Shown: positions 45,353 through 55,819, numbered from the stretch's first letter. The stretch is 64,000 nt of DNA from a virus (IMGVR_UViG_3300017792_000001:168697-232696); one strand, 5' to 3'. The notes: a model not told the origin generated them from the letters alone. Numbers and translations are program-made.

Positions 45353-46216
45353 ATGAACGCCATCATCCGCAGTAACGAGCACTTGATGCCCGCGCTGACC
45401 TTCGCAAACAAACAGATCGACCAATTCGGTGCGCGCAAGCGGCTTACCTTCTCCGAACTGGCGCTGATCGTGGAAGCGATCTACACCATGTGCAACCTCA
45501 GCGGCAGCCTCGTGCTGTCGTATGCGTTGCTCTCCCGTGCCAAGTGCCTGGTGCTGGACGAACACGGTTACTTCACGCTGCATGACGTGAACGACACCAA
45601 GTTCGACCACATCATCCCAAACTTCTTGCGTGACCTGCCGTTCTACATGGACAACAAGGTCAAGTACGAGCAGCTTGACACGTTCGTTCCCCTATTCACG
45701 CTTGGCCTTGGCGCAAACACCGTTGTGTTGAAGAACACGATCTGGGTACGCAGCCGCGAGCGTAACGATATTCACCTGCCGATTCTCCTGGGGAGTCAGA
45801 TGGTGGATGCTTCACAAGTGGATAACAAGCACGCCAGCGTTGTGGTGCCGATTGTTCACTTGGTCAAAGATGCGCCTGTTTGTTCCTTGTTGCAACTTCC
45901 TGCTGCGACGTTCGACAAGGTGTACGCATCGACGGTACGGGCACAGCGCACAAGCCATAGCGGCTTCGCGTTGAGTCTGCGTAAAGCGAGTGGCCGCCAC
46001 AGCCATCCGGATGTGTTTATCAAACCTCTGGATCAACGACTGTCGCGGGACAATGTGCATAACGTTGTCGGTCAGTTCTGGCCAAACTATGAGGCATATG
46101 CCAAGAAGATTGCGGCGCAGAATGCAAACATGCCCAAGCATGTGATCGAAGCGGTGACGCACACGCTGATCAACACTCAAAAGAAGCCGGGCGAGTTGTC
46201 TGCGCTGATCTTTTGA
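45353..46216 (+). CDS. Hypothetical protein
   Basis: 287 aa, GAGG RBS. Confidence 0.7.
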   Translation: MNAIIRSNEHLMPALTFANKQIDQFGARKRLTFSELALIVEAIYTMCNLSGSLVLSYALLSRAKCLVLDEHGYFTLHDVNDTKFDHIIPNFLRDLPFYMDNKVKYEQLDTFVPLFTLGLGANTVVLKNTIWVRSRERNDIHLPILLGSQMVDASQVDNKHASVVVPIVHLVKDAPVCSLLQLPAATFDKVYASTVRAQRTSHSGFALSLRKASGRHSHPDVFIKPLDQRLSRDNVHNVVGQFWPNYEAYAKKIAAQNANMPKHVIEAVTHTLINTQKKPGELSALIF

Positions 46217-46223
46217 CTACCAC

Positions 46224-46308
46224 TTGTGCTCATTTAGCAGCATGTGATATGATGCCGTCGTGAGCGACAAGCAGCTTCAAACATAATGGTTCTAAACTTA
46301 GATCAGGT
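46224..46308 (+). promoter_or_regulatory. Sigma70-type promoter plus conserved downstream box
   Basis: TTGTGC-N18-TATGAT with TGn; TGGTT-N7-TAGAT-C-AGG 34 nt downstream. Confidence 0.65.
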
Positions 46309-46327
46309 TAATTGAGGAAGTACGAAA

Positions 46328-47692
46328 ATGGCTATCGACAAAGCGACGTTGAAAGAAATGGTTGGCAAGCGTATCACCATCGACGGTACCAAACACCGTG
46401 TGGAAAAAGTGGTCATGAAGACCGGCCTGATCGTCACACGCGATGGCGCAGAGGCTCTGGCGGAGGGCGTCTACAAGAAAGGTCCTGGGTTCTTCTATGA
46501 CTCGCCGAAGGGCAGCAAGAAGAAGGCTGCAGCCGCTGCCGAACCCGTGAAAGAAACTGCGCGTGCTCGCCGTGCCCGTGAGAAGGCAGAGGCTGAGCCA
46601 GTAGAGACAGCCCGCGAGAAACGTGCGCGTCTCAAGCGTGAAGCCGAGGAAGAGGAGGAACCAGCCAAGCCTGCGCGTGCTCGCCGTCGTTCCTCTGACA
46701 AGACTCCTGGCGCCAAGGGTGACGGTGCCAAAGTCCCTGGCAAGAAAAAGAAATTGTTTGAAGCGTTCACCCAGGCCATTGCCGAGCGTGTCAGTCAAGA
46801 GTCCTACGATCTGCTGGCCGAAGCGTACGGTGATCGTGGTGACTACGCCATCACGCCTGTTGCTGTCGGCGCCGCGTTCGACAATGACGCGCTCAAAATC
46901 ACCATCACCGTGATGTCGGCGGGCAAGTCGGCGAAGGAAATCAAAGCCTACATCCGCGACCATCGCGAGGCTACAGACATCGCCAGTGACGACGAGGAAG
47001 ATGATGACCTCGACGATGATGATCTGGAAGACGATGACAGCGAAGACGAGGACCTGGAGGATGACGACAGCCTCGAAGACGAGGAAGATGACGAGGAGGA
47101 CGATGATGACTCCGAAGACGCCTTCGAGGCTGCGTTGAACGAACTCTCCTTGAAGGATCTGCGCAAGATCGCCAAGGACATGGAAATCGACGACTACAAG
47201 GACTTCTCCAAGGAAGACCTGGCACAAGAACTGTCCGAGTACGAAGAATCGGATGTCCGTGAATCGGCAGCCACTGCCGGCGTAACACTTGGCGATGGCG
47301 ACGAGGAAGACGATGATGCAGAAGATGACGATGACGATGGATCGGAAGACGATGCCGACGACGAAGAACAGGAAGAAGCGGCTACTGTCGAAGACCTGGT
47401 GGGCGAGGTACTGGAAGTAGCACCAGACCTGAAAGCCAAGTCGGTCACCAAGTTTGTTGAAGCGTTCCTCGCCAACGACGAGTGCCAAGAGAAGTTTGAC
47501 GGCGAACTCGTACCTGGCCGTACCCAGCTGCAAGAGAAGGGCAACAAGGGCCCTGAAATGTTGCTGCTCGGTTACGACGAAGCCAACGAAGTGATCAAGC
47601 TGCTGAACATCAGCACCGGCAAGACTCGCAGCAAGACCATCAGCGAAGTCGTCCACATGGAAATCCTGGAAGCGGCTGACGACGCCGAGTAA
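46328..47692 (+). CDS. Multi-domain protein with basic and long acidic low-complexity tracts
   Basis: 454 aa; D/E tracts; LSLKDLRKIAKDMEI...SKEDL resembles a HeH/Rho-N-like motif. Confidence 0.8.
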   Translation: MAIDKATLKEMVGKRITIDGTKHRVEKVVMKTGLIVTRDGAEALAEGVYKKGPGFFYDSPKGSKKKAAAAAEPVKETARARRAREKAEAEPVETAREKRARLKREAEEEEEPAKPARARRRSSDKTPGAKGDGAKVPGKKKKLFEAFTQAIAERVSQESYDLLAEAYGDRGDYAITPVAVGAAFDNDALKITITVMSAGKSAKEIKAYIRDHREATDIASDDEEDDDLDDDDLEDDDSEDEDLEDDDSLEDEEDDEEDDDDSEDAFEAALNELSLKDLRKIAKDMEIDDYKDFSKEDLAQELSEYEESDVRESAATAGVTLGDGDEEDDDAEDDDDDGSEDDADDEEQEEAATVEDLVGEVLEVAPDLKAKSVTKFVEAFLANDECQEKFDGELVPGRTQLQEKGNKGPEMLLLGYDEANEVIKLLNISTGKTRSKTISEVVHMEILEAADDAE

Positions 47693-47748
47693 CACCACCG
47701 GGGCCTCCGGGCCCCAACCCCTACGAACATGATGCCGAGATAACTACC

Positions 47749-48222
47749 ATGCTTGATTCAATTGCTGAGCTTTTCCGTTTAGCGACGTTCTTTCCGAAAC
47801 TGACGGGCCTACGCAAACACGTAGAGCCAAACACTGGTGATTGCACCAACATCGAGTCGATCGGCATCGTCGTGCGTTCTGTAAATGTAGAGTTCGTTCG
47901 CTATAAACAATGTGGTGATCCGCAGGTGCTGGTTATGATTCACAGCACCGAACGTGGTTCTGCCATGTTCATGTGCAACAGCAAGATTCTGGCTGACAGC
48001 GAACAGGCAGGCAAACTCCTGTACAAGCTGATCGACTCGGATCTAAAGGATCTGGTGGACGAAGCCAACGATAAGGTGTTTCGTGAAGGCATGCGTCAAT
48101 TGGAGCTAAACAGCGCCATCCGCCGTGCCACGCCTGTAGTGAGTGACGCTCAGGCTGACGACTTCATCAACAAAACTTCCGACGGTGAGTTTGCCACCGT
48201 ATCCGAATTCTATAAAGGCTGA
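47749..48222 (+). CDS. Hypothetical protein
   Basis: 157 aa ORF. Confidence 0.65.
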   Translation: MLDSIAELFRLATFFPKLTGLRKHVEPNTGDCTNIESIGIVVRSVNVEFVRYKQCGDPQVLVMIHSTERGSAMFMCNSKILADSEQAGKLLYKLIDSDLKDLVDEANDKVFREGMRQLELNSAIRRATPVVSDAQADDFINKTSDGEFATVSEFYKG

Positions 48223-48227
48223 TTGTC

Positions 48228-48575
48228 ATGAGTGAGTCTCTGCAAGTAATCCTAGCTGACTTCATTGGTGACGATGAAATCAACTGCTCCGTATTTCCCG
48301 AGGACCAATTCGGCCTGCCTGAAGTTGACGGCAAGATCACCGAAGAAGCTCTCACCGTGCTGGGCGAGTTTAACCTGCTCGCGGCTGATCGCAACGTCGT
48401 TGCCATCCCTTGCGCCATTCAAGGCGTAACCGGTGTGTTCATGGCTAAGCTGGATGTGGAGCTGTCCGACAACGACTTGCAGGTATATGCGATGTTTGCA
48501 GAGCCTGTGATCGCAGGCAACCACGTCGAGGCACTCAACTGCCAACGCTTTATCGCCCTGCTGAAAAAAGTGTGA
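48228..48575 (+). CDS. Hypothetical protein
   Basis: 115 aa ORF. Confidence 0.65.
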   Translation: MSESLQVILADFIGDDEINCSVFPEDQFGLPEVDGKITEEALTVLGEFNLLAADRNVVAIPCAIQGVTGVFMAKLDVELSDNDLQVYAMFAEPVIAGNHVEALNCQRFIALLKKV

Positions 48576-48595
48576 ACAGTAAGCAGGAGGTGCCT

Positions 48596-49984
48596 ATGAA
48601 AGCAGAAGCATTACAAACCTGTCTGAATGACCTGTATGAGCGCAACTTTCTGGTGCGTACTACGGACAAGAAGGCTAACCACCTTGAATACGAAAAGCGG
48701 TTCGATACCGTGTTCCATCATCGGTTCGTGTTCAAAGGTCGGCTGATCGACGAGGAGATTGACATCGTGCCTGCGCTGCCGAAAGCTGCACTCTCGGGTA
48801 TTGTGCTGGGCGCCATCAATGGCAACCTCCCCGACATGGCAACCGTCGCTATGATGTACAGCGCCGGCTTTGCACTGCCGCACGATTTGGTCAAAGCAGA
48901 AGCATGGGGCTGTTTCGCCTGTATGCAGCCAGCGCCAAACGCAACGTATGTGCAAGCCATAGCAAGTTTGAAAGCCGATCACAAGCAGGCACAAGCGCGA
49001 GCGCGTGACGAAATGATCTGGCCCGAGGAGTTCGAGGAAACAATCGAGACCGTCCTCACCAAATGCAATGCGTTGCGCCCGTACAAGAACCAGCCGCTCC
49101 CTCGTGGCGCACTGATCACACCACGCCTCGCTGGCGTGAAGATCAATCTGGTGTACCGCGCATACAAGATCGGCGACAAGTTCCACGCTCACCTGTACGG
49201 TGCGTTCATGCACATCGGCGGCAAGATCGTGTATACGTTGGATCAACTGCGCTATCTGGACATTCCGATTGAACTCGGCATGCACGGTCCGCGCAAGATC
49301 ATCAACAACTATACACCGTTTGGTGAGACTGCAAAGTTGTACGTGGTTCAAGGCACTCTGGTTGCGCCGAAGGGATTGCGTGAAGATATGCGCAAGCACT
49401 TCCCTGACGTGCGAACTGTGAAAGACTTGTTAGACCACTATATGGCAAGCCTGAAGCGCGTTCGTATTGACGACTTCGGGTTTGTTATTGCGGACCTGCG
49501 AGAGAAGCTGCGTGAGTGTACGTCGCGCCTTGCACGGTACGCTGGCAAGAAGAAGTATGCTGATGAATACAGCAAACTCCAAAAGCGTAAAGCCAAGTTA
49601 GAAAAGCGCATCGAGAACGAGTCTGCCGAGTTGGAAGCGGCAAGGGCGGAATATGTAAAGACACTGCCTGAGCACTACGTTCGATTCGTGGCGACTGGAA
49701 TGTTTGTATACCAGAACGGCAAGCTGATGGGCCCGCAAGTGCGTATCCGTACTCCCGTTCACCTGCAATCGCTGGGTTTCCGAACCCTGTATCATCCAGT
49801 CGTTGAGTTTGTTGGCTATGAAGTCGAGAAGGATGGGTCACTATCTGGATTTGATAATATCATCGCCAAGTTTGAATCAGCATTCGATGACCAGTACACC
49901 GTGACAGGTTTGACTATCAGACCTGGTGCGCAAAGTGTAAACATTAACCGTTGCTACTCGTATACGAAGTCAAAAGGAGAATAA
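48596..49984 (+). CDS. Degenerate NAD-dependent DNA-ligase-like protein
   Basis: TPRLAGVKINLVY ~ EPKLDG.A.SL.Y; VQGTL ~ VRGEV; LQSLGF; YTVTGLTIR ~ YEIDGVVIK; AGGAGG RBS. Confidence 0.55.
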   Translation: MKAEALQTCLNDLYERNFLVRTTDKKANHLEYEKRFDTVFHHRFVFKGRLIDEEIDIVPALPKAALSGIVLGAINGNLPDMATVAMMYSAGFALPHDLVKAEAWGCFACMQPAPNATYVQAIASLKADHKQAQARARDEMIWPEEFEETIETVLTKCNALRPYKNQPLPRGALITPRLAGVKINLVYRAYKIGDKFHAHLYGAFMHIGGKIVYTLDQLRYLDIPIELGMHGPRKIINNYTPFGETAKLYVVQGTLVAPKGLREDMRKHFPDVRTVKDLLDHYMASLKRVRIDDFGFVIADLREKLRECTSRLARYAGKKKYADEYSKLQKRKAKLEKRIENESAELEAARAEYVKTLPEHYVRFVATGMFVYQNGKLMGPQVRIRTPVHLQSLGFRTLYHPVVEFVGYEVEKDGSLSGFDNIIAKFESAFDDQYTVTGLTIRPGAQSVNINRCYSYTKSKGE

Positions 49985-49987
49985 CCC

Positions 49988-51043
49988 ATGACCACTATCG
50001 CCTCCGAAGCTGATCGCCTCGCCCAACAAATCGTGAGCGAGCAAGACAGCACCGAGCCCCTGACCGCAGTTGCTACTGCCGCTACCCGCGCCGACCTGGG
50101 CGAAATCAACATCCCGGACGTCGATGACGGTGTTGACAGCGAAGACGAGTTCCAACCACGACTGCTGAGCCAAATGCTTTCGCAAGCTGCTGGTGAAGTC
50201 GGCATGGTTCGTCTGAGCATCAAGCCGAACCTCGCATTCGTGCTGAACCTGTTCAACGACCAGATCCACGAAGAACTGGTTACCGTCGGCAACTTCGAGA
50301 ACGAGGGTGATTCGTTCAACATCATCCAGCCGCTCGCGAAGAAGAACGAGCGCTCCGGCCGCGTCGGCGTGCTGCGTGAACCGATGCGTGAGTTCGTCAA
50401 GGTGTTGAACACCATGCTCGACTACACCGACACCATCGTGACCAGCCCTGAATCGGGTACCACGATCGTCGATGCGCTGGTGACTGAATTCACCACCCTG
50501 GCCGAGAACACCCTGTTTGCAAACTTCCCGCTGATCGACGGCCGCCGTGCAATTCCTGTGCTGTCCGGCGACGAAGAAGCTCCGGGCTACCTGCTCGACG
50601 TGAACCACTTCCTGCGCGTTCACACCCTGATCGAAGCGCAGCAAGACGTTGCCGAAACCGGCCTGGTTACCGACGTTACGGTAACTGTGAAATTCGTTGT
50701 ACATCTGCGCGTTCCGTTGTTGCTGCGTGAATCGAGCGACAAGTTCGAGAAGACCCTGAAGGGCCACTTCAAGTACCTGGAAAACGCTGGCACCAAAGCT
50801 GGTATCCCGACCACGATCTACGCTGGCTTCAACTCTACCGACCTGGCAGCGCCTGCGGTCGTCAACGCTCTCAACTGGATTCGCGAAACCGATCCAGGCA
50901 TGGAAGTGCTGTCGTACCGCAATGCTGATCAAGGCGGTGATTTCCTGGGCGTCCCGGGCTTTGAGTCCGAAGACTACGCCGACACCCTGTTCAACGGCGG
51001 CGATTTCATCGTCGCTTTCAATCTCGAAAATGAAGGTGAGTAA
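49988..51043 (+). CDS. Hypothetical acidic protein
   Basis: 351 aa, AAGGAG RBS, strong codon bias. Confidence 0.8.
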   Translation: MTTIASEADRLAQQIVSEQDSTEPLTAVATAATRADLGEINIPDVDDGVDSEDEFQPRLLSQMLSQAAGEVGMVRLSIKPNLAFVLNLFNDQIHEELVTVGNFENEGDSFNIIQPLAKKNERSGRVGVLREPMREFVKVLNTMLDYTDTIVTSPESGTTIVDALVTEFTTLAENTLFANFPLIDGRRAIPVLSGDEEAPGYLLDVNHFLRVHTLIEAQQDVAETGLVTDVTVTVKFVVHLRVPLLLRESSDKFEKTLKGHFKYLENAGTKAGIPTTIYAGFNSTDLAAPAVVNALNWIRETDPGMEVLSYRNADQGGDFLGVPGFESEDYADTLFNGGDFIVAFNLENEGE

Positions 51044-51048
51044 GTAAC

Positions 51049-51651
51049 ATGGCTAAGAAAGAAAAAGCTGCCAAAGGCGATAAGAAAGTTCGCAACACTG
51101 CGAATCGCCTGACCCGTGCCGACAAGATCGAAAAGCGCCTGCGTGGCGTCAGCGCCAAGACCTCGTTCAAATCGAAGTCTGCTCTGTTCACCTTCCGTGT
51201 TTTCCGCCTGGCCCCGGTTGCTGTTCACGGCTTCATCCTCGCCGAAAACGCCGACAGCATCCTGCTGCGTCACAAGCGCACCAACGCTTCGAAGCGCATG
51301 GTCGTGAGCCGCATCAGCCACAGCGACATCATCGAGCTTTACGGCACCGTCGGTGAAACTTCCAGCGCGCTGGTCGTGAAAGAAACCCAGATCCACGAAG
51401 TCGTCGGCAAGATCGTCGAAGACAAGGGCGGTGTTATCACCATCCAGACCGCATCCGGCGAAACTGTGAAGTTGTTCCAGAACGCACAGTCGCGCATCGA
51501 AGTCTCCGTTGAAGACGAAGGCGGCAGCGAAGAAGGCGGCGGCAAGAAGTCCAAGAAGTCGAAGGCCGACAAGCCTGAGAAGTCTGGCAAGAAAAAGAAG
51601 AAGGCCAAGCCTGCGGAAGATGATGACGAAGACGACGACCTCGACGACTGA
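51049..51651 (+). CDS. Hypothetical protein with basic N-terminus and K/D-rich tail
   Basis: 200 aa ORF. Confidence 0.8.
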   Translation: MAKKEKAAKGDKKVRNTANRLTRADKIEKRLRGVSAKTSFKSKSALFTFRVFRLAPVAVHGFILAENADSILLRHKRTNASKRMVVSRISHSDIIELYGTVGETSSALVVKETQIHEVVGKIVEDKGGVITIQTASGETVKLFQNAQSRIEVSVEDEGGSEEGGGKKSKKSKADKPEKSGKKKKKAKPAEDDDEDDDLDD

Positions 51652-51766
51652 TCATCCGGCCTGGTAACTGTAAACTGCTAACACACAGTACACGTTAGCA
51701 GTTTACTGCGGTAAGTGTAAAATCAATTCGTATTAGTTCACAACTCAAACAAGTGGAGATTCACAC

Positions 51767-52285
51767 ATGGCTAAGGCAAAAGCAAGCGCGAAGAAGAAAG
51801 TCGGCAAGAAAGGTAGCAAGAAGGACCTGCCGAAGTTCGACCTGACCGGTATGCTCGCCGTTACCCTGCTGTCCTGGCTGCAACAGCTTCAGGAAGCGGG
51901 CGCTGAAACCATCGAAGACGCTATCGACCTGGTCGGTGAAGGCGTCCCGGACACCGACGTCGATGATGACGCGGACGAAGACGACGACGCCGATGAAGAT
52001 GACGGCGACGACGAAGATGACGAAGAAGAGGAGGACGACGAGGAAGACGACGACTCCGACGAAGATGACGACGACGAGGACGATGAGGACTCGGACGACG
52101 ACGAAGATGATGACGAAGACGACGAGGAGGAAGATGATGACTCCGAAGACGACGACGATGACGAGGACGATGAAGAGGAGGACGACGAGGAAGACGACGA
52201 CTCCGATGATGACGATGATGAAGAAGAGGAAGATGACGACGACGAGGATGATGAAGACGACGAAGACGAAGAAGACTTCGACTGA
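51767..52285 (+). CDS. Hyper-acidic protein (about 110-residue D/E tract)
   Basis: GGAG RBS; K-rich N-terminus then poly-D/E with internal repeats. Confidence 0.8.
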   Translation: MAKAKASAKKKVGKKGSKKDLPKFDLTGMLAVTLLSWLQQLQEAGAETIEDAIDLVGEGVPDTDVDDDADEDDDADEDDGDDEDDEEEEDDEEDDDSDEDDDDEDDEDSDDDEDDDEDDEEEDDDSEDDDDDEDDEEEDDEEDDDSDDDDDEEEEDDDDEDDEDDEDEEDFD

Positions 52286-52483
52286 TTCCTGATCCCCGGT
52301 CGGCGCGTGGGCTAGGTTGCGACTGAGCGCCCACACTCGATTCATCATGCTGCATCCAGGAGGTGAGAGTTGAGTTTGCCTCCTGTCACAAAAGTTTGAG
52401 CATCATAATTCTTTAGCTGCTCTAAAAGTCTGGCGACACATTGAAGCTGCCGCCGCTTACCACTCAAACAGGAATACCGAACA

Positions 52484-53089
52484 ATGGCTAAGTCCGACGT
52501 TACCATCAACAAGAAATCCGAACTGGGTCGCCTGCGCAAAGAAGAACGCGCGCTGAAAGGCACCGTTGGCCAACTGGAAAAAGCGCTCAAGTCCGCGCAA
52601 GACGCGCTGAAAGGCGTTTCGACCCAGATCACCGCAGTAGACAAACTGTCCGCTGACGGCGCCCCGGCCAAGGCCGAGAAAGGCAGCAAGAAGTCCAAGA
52701 AAGCCGACAAAGCTGAAAAGCCGGCCAAGGGCGACAAGAAGTCGAAGAAAGCTGACAAGGCTGAAAAAGCCGAGAAGCCTTCCAAGAAGGACAAGAAAGC
52801 CAAGGCAGACAAAGCTGAAAAGCCTGCCAAAGAAGGCAAGAAGTCCAAGAAAGTGAAAGAAGAAAAGGCTGAAAAGCCGTCGAAGAAGGACAAGAAGGCC
52901 AAGGCTGAAAAAGCTGAAAAGCCTTCGAAAAAGGACAAGAAAGCAGCCAAGGCCGACAAAGCCGAAAAAGGCGGCAAGAAGTCCAAAGCTGAAAAGCCTG
53001 CCAAAGAAGGCAAGAAGTCCAAGAAAGAAGGCAAGAAGTCGAAAGCCAAAGACGATGACTTCGATGACTTCGACGACCTCGAAGACTGA
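52484..53089 (+). CDS. Lys-rich repeat protein (coiled coil plus AEKPAK/SKKDKK repeats)
   Basis: AGGA RBS; tandem KAEKP repeats; short acidic C-terminus. Confidence 0.8.
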   Translation: MAKSDVTINKKSELGRLRKEERALKGTVGQLEKALKSAQDALKGVSTQITAVDKLSADGAPAKAEKGSKKSKKADKAEKPAKGDKKSKKADKAEKAEKPSKKDKKAKADKAEKPAKEGKKSKKVKEEKAEKPSKKDKKAKAEKAEKPSKKDKKAAKADKAEKGGKKSKAEKPAKEGKKSKKEGKKSKAKDDDFDDFDDLED

Positions 53090-53201
53090 TCATTCTGCGG
53101 CATCGGCCAGGGGCTTCCCGGACTACGTCTGGGTAGCCTAAAGAAAGCGCGCCCAAAACTTAATTGTGAGTAGGCGCGCTTTTTCCGTTTTGGAGTCCGT
53201 C

Positions 53202-53963
53202 ATGAATTGGAAACACTCGTTCTACGAACTATACGCAATGACCTTCGGTCAGGCGTTCACCATTGACGAAGCACACCGCTTGTTGAACGAGCACCGTGAA
53301 GATCGTCTATTCTCCATTGCCTCAGCGGGCGCCGAAAGCAAACGCGCACAGGCAAAAGTCATTGATGCCAAAATGAGTATCAACGACTACAATGCAGTCC
53401 CTCCCCGAGAAACGAAGTCCAACTTCCGGCGTTCAGAGGCATTCCTTCTGGAGACCGAGGCTCGTTTCATCATTGCGCGCCCATGTCTCGAAATGGCCCG
53501 TGCAGAACTCTCCTTCCTAGAATTGTTGATCAAGTACATCGACGACAACAAGCTGCGGATCCATGCGCGTGTTGAAGTCGGCTACCAGTACGTGCAAGAA
53601 ATGGAGATTGCCTTCGACCTGCTCTGGCAGCTTTGCTACGACGGTGCTCACTCGGCGTTGATGCGCAACATCTTCGCACACCCGAAGGGTGAACAGTTGA
53701 TCGAAATCCGCAAGGAGTGGAAAGAGGCGCTGCCTACCCGTAAGGCCATCAGCGAGAGCCTTGCCAAGGTCTACAATCTGGCACCTGCGCAACTAGCCAT
53801 TACTGTAAACGTATTCGAGAAGCTACAGAGTGCGATACAGTCCAATGAGTTGAACACGTACCGCATTGCGTCTGAAAAGGCCATGATCAAACTAGAGGAG
53901 ACTGCACTTGCTCAGTCATCAAGAAGTCCTGAAACAGGCCCTGGAGTTACGAGCGTCGATTGA
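53202..53963 (+). CDS. Hypothetical protein
   Basis: 253 aa from MNWKH, GGAG RBS. Confidence 0.7.
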   Translation: MNWKHSFYELYAMTFGQAFTIDEAHRLLNEHREDRLFSIASAGAESKRAQAKVIDAKMSINDYNAVPPRETKSNFRRSEAFLLETEARFIIARPCLEMARAELSFLELLIKYIDDNKLRIHARVEVGYQYVQEMEIAFDLLWQLCYDGAHSALMRNIFAHPKGEQLIEIRKEWKEALPTRKAISESLAKVYNLAPAQLAITVNVFEKLQSAIQSNELNTYRIASEKAMIKLEETALAQSSRSPETGPGVTSVD

Positions 53964-54306
53964 CGACCTTCGCTCCTCGACGTACATCGTTGTCAACTTT
54001 ACCGACGACAACCAGACGCCGTATATGTTCATTGCGTCGTTTGATATGGACGCCATGGAGTATGCGTACAACGTCACCGATGCCAACTTCATCGAAATCA
54101 AAGGCATCAGCCAGACCAGTCCAGAGACGATCGTGGCTTTCGGTGAGTTCATAAAGAACATGCGCGAATACATTGCTGGCGGGCCGCACCCGTACACCGA
54201 CAAACTCGCGGCACATCAACCGAATATCATCAACCCGATGGACGAACTGAAAAACACCCAGTTTGAATCCGACCGGGACGTTGACGATTCCGAAGCCCAG
54301 TTGTGA
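53908..54306 (+). CDS. Hypothetical protein
   Basis: TTG start after GAGGAG; 132 aa. Confidence 0.6.
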   Translation: MLSHQEVLKQALELRASIDDLRSSTYIVVNFTDDNQTPYMFIASFDMDAMEYAYNVTDANFIEIKGISQTSPETIVAFGEFIKNMREYIAGGPHPYTDKLAAHQPNIINPMDELKNTQFESDRDVDDSEAQL

Positions 54307-54312
54307 CGTAAC

Positions 54313-55029
54313 ATGGATATCTACCCAATGCGAAATTTCTACAGCTGCGGCTGCTACGTCGCAGATGATGTGCCGGTCATCAGTCGCTGCGGGGAACACA
54401 ACGGCTTCGTGATCTGCCGAACCAACTGTCGCGTTACAAACCCACGTCAGTTGATCATTGGTAAGCGCAAGCGGTTGAAGATCATCCATCACAACCTGTA
54501 TGACGTGCTGTCGATGTTGAAGCAACCCGTGGATCTGGTGTTCGCATACCCAGAGCACGACCTGTTCATGATGCCGCACATGCTCACACCGTTCGGTTTC
54601 AGGAATAGCCGTGTCGAGGTGTTCAAACACGTTGCACGCCTGCTCAAGCCCGATGGCAAGGCAGTTTTCTTGATCGACCCAATCGACCTAGCGACTGTGT
54701 TGTACCAGGCCAAGCTGCGCAAGTTTGAAGTGCATACGCGCTTCTTTCCAGTGGTCATTCGACCTGAGCCACTTCGGTGGAGTAAGTCGCTTGAGAAACA
54801 CAAGGTCTATAAAATTGCCGTGGGGTTAAACACTGGACCCCTTCCTCAGCTCCGTCTTGACGACCTCACGCCGTTCTTTGATGCGCTGAACGTTCCAGAC
54901 GCGGGCAGGATATTGGACCTTTCCTGTATTCACATCGGTGCTGTCAAGAAGGCAAGACCGAATTCGAAAATTGTAGGGATATGCGAAGATGCAAACCGTT
55001 ACCGAAAATTCATTGAAGCCAACAGTTGA
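54313..55029 (+). CDS. Degenerate DNA methyltransferase-like protein
   Basis: VDLVFAYPEH ~ DLIFTDPPY; RLLKPDG; ILDLSC ~ VLDPF.G. Confidence 0.5.
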   Translation: MDIYPMRNFYSCGCYVADDVPVISRCGEHNGFVICRTNCRVTNPRQLIIGKRKRLKIIHHNLYDVLSMLKQPVDLVFAYPEHDLFMMPHMLTPFGFRNSRVEVFKHVARLLKPDGKAVFLIDPIDLATVLYQAKLRKFEVHTRFFPVVIRPEPLRWSKSLEKHKVYKIAVGLNTGPLPQLRLDDLTPFFDALNVPDAGRILDLSCIHIGAVKKARPNSKIVGICEDANRYRKFIEANS

Positions 55030-55810
55030 ACAGACAGCCCTGTTGTGGGAATTGGTGCTACCCGATCCAGCTTTCGACGAAGCTGTAGAGCGCTGCATCG
55101 CCAAAGGCCGTGAAGACCTGGCGCTGTACGAAGGCACCAAGACCTACGCATACCAGATGACGCTGTGCGTGATCACCTCGATTTTCAACGAAGCCATCAA
55201 GCTCGTTCACTTCGACGGTGAGTTGCTGCACATCTTCATGAAGAACAAACTGCCGCCGAACCACATCATGTTGCTCAAGCGCCTGTTTGACTCCAAGATG
55301 TGGCTGCCTGACAAGGTGCTGCACGACATTCTCGGTGGCGAGCAAGCCCTGTTCTCTGTGCGCGAACAAGTAGGTGACGACGTACTCGAAACGACCTACA
55401 CAGGGCTCACGTCCTACGAAGGTCCAACCGACTACACCGAAATCAAGGATCTGCTGATCGCTGCCAACGTCCTGGACAACCACAACACGGTTGCTCTTGT
55501 GTACGAAGTCGGCGGTCTGCGTGAAACACCGTACGAAAATGCTCGGTACGACAACCTGACCTCGCGGTTCATTGGCGGTACAGAACGGTTGATCGACACC
55601 TTGATGTTTGCCCGTGAACTCCAGGGTGATCCCTTAAAGCGTAAAGCAGTTGTAGCAGAGGCTGAACGTTACTTCGCCGCGACGAAGTTTAAGGTAGTCC
55701 CAAAGCAAACTACCCAGATGAAGCTCGACGATGCGCGTAAAGAGGCGAAAGAAGCCGCGAAGCCATTCAAGACGCTCAAGAAGATGAAGAAGGCTGCCAA
55801 GGCCAAGTAG
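54989..55810 (+). CDS. Hypothetical protein
   Basis: 273 aa, K-rich C-terminus. Confidence 0.7.
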   Translation: MQTVTENSLKPTVEQTALLWELVLPDPAFDEAVERCIAKGREDLALYEGTKTYAYQMTLCVITSIFNEAIKLVHFDGELLHIFMKNKLPPNHIMLLKRLFDSKMWLPDKVLHDILGGEQALFSVREQVGDDVLETTYTGLTSYEGPTDYTEIKDLLIAANVLDNHNTVALVYEVGGLRETPYENARYDNLTSRFIGGTERLIDTLMFARELQGDPLKRKAVVAEAERYFAATKFKVVPKQTTQMKLDDARKEAKEAAKPFKTLKKMKKAAKAK

Positions 55811-55819
55811 AGGATCCCA

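Noticed and set aside
51950-53050. GAC/GAA and AAG/GCC tandem repeats as DNA repeat elements
   Set aside because: Explained by low-complexity protein coding
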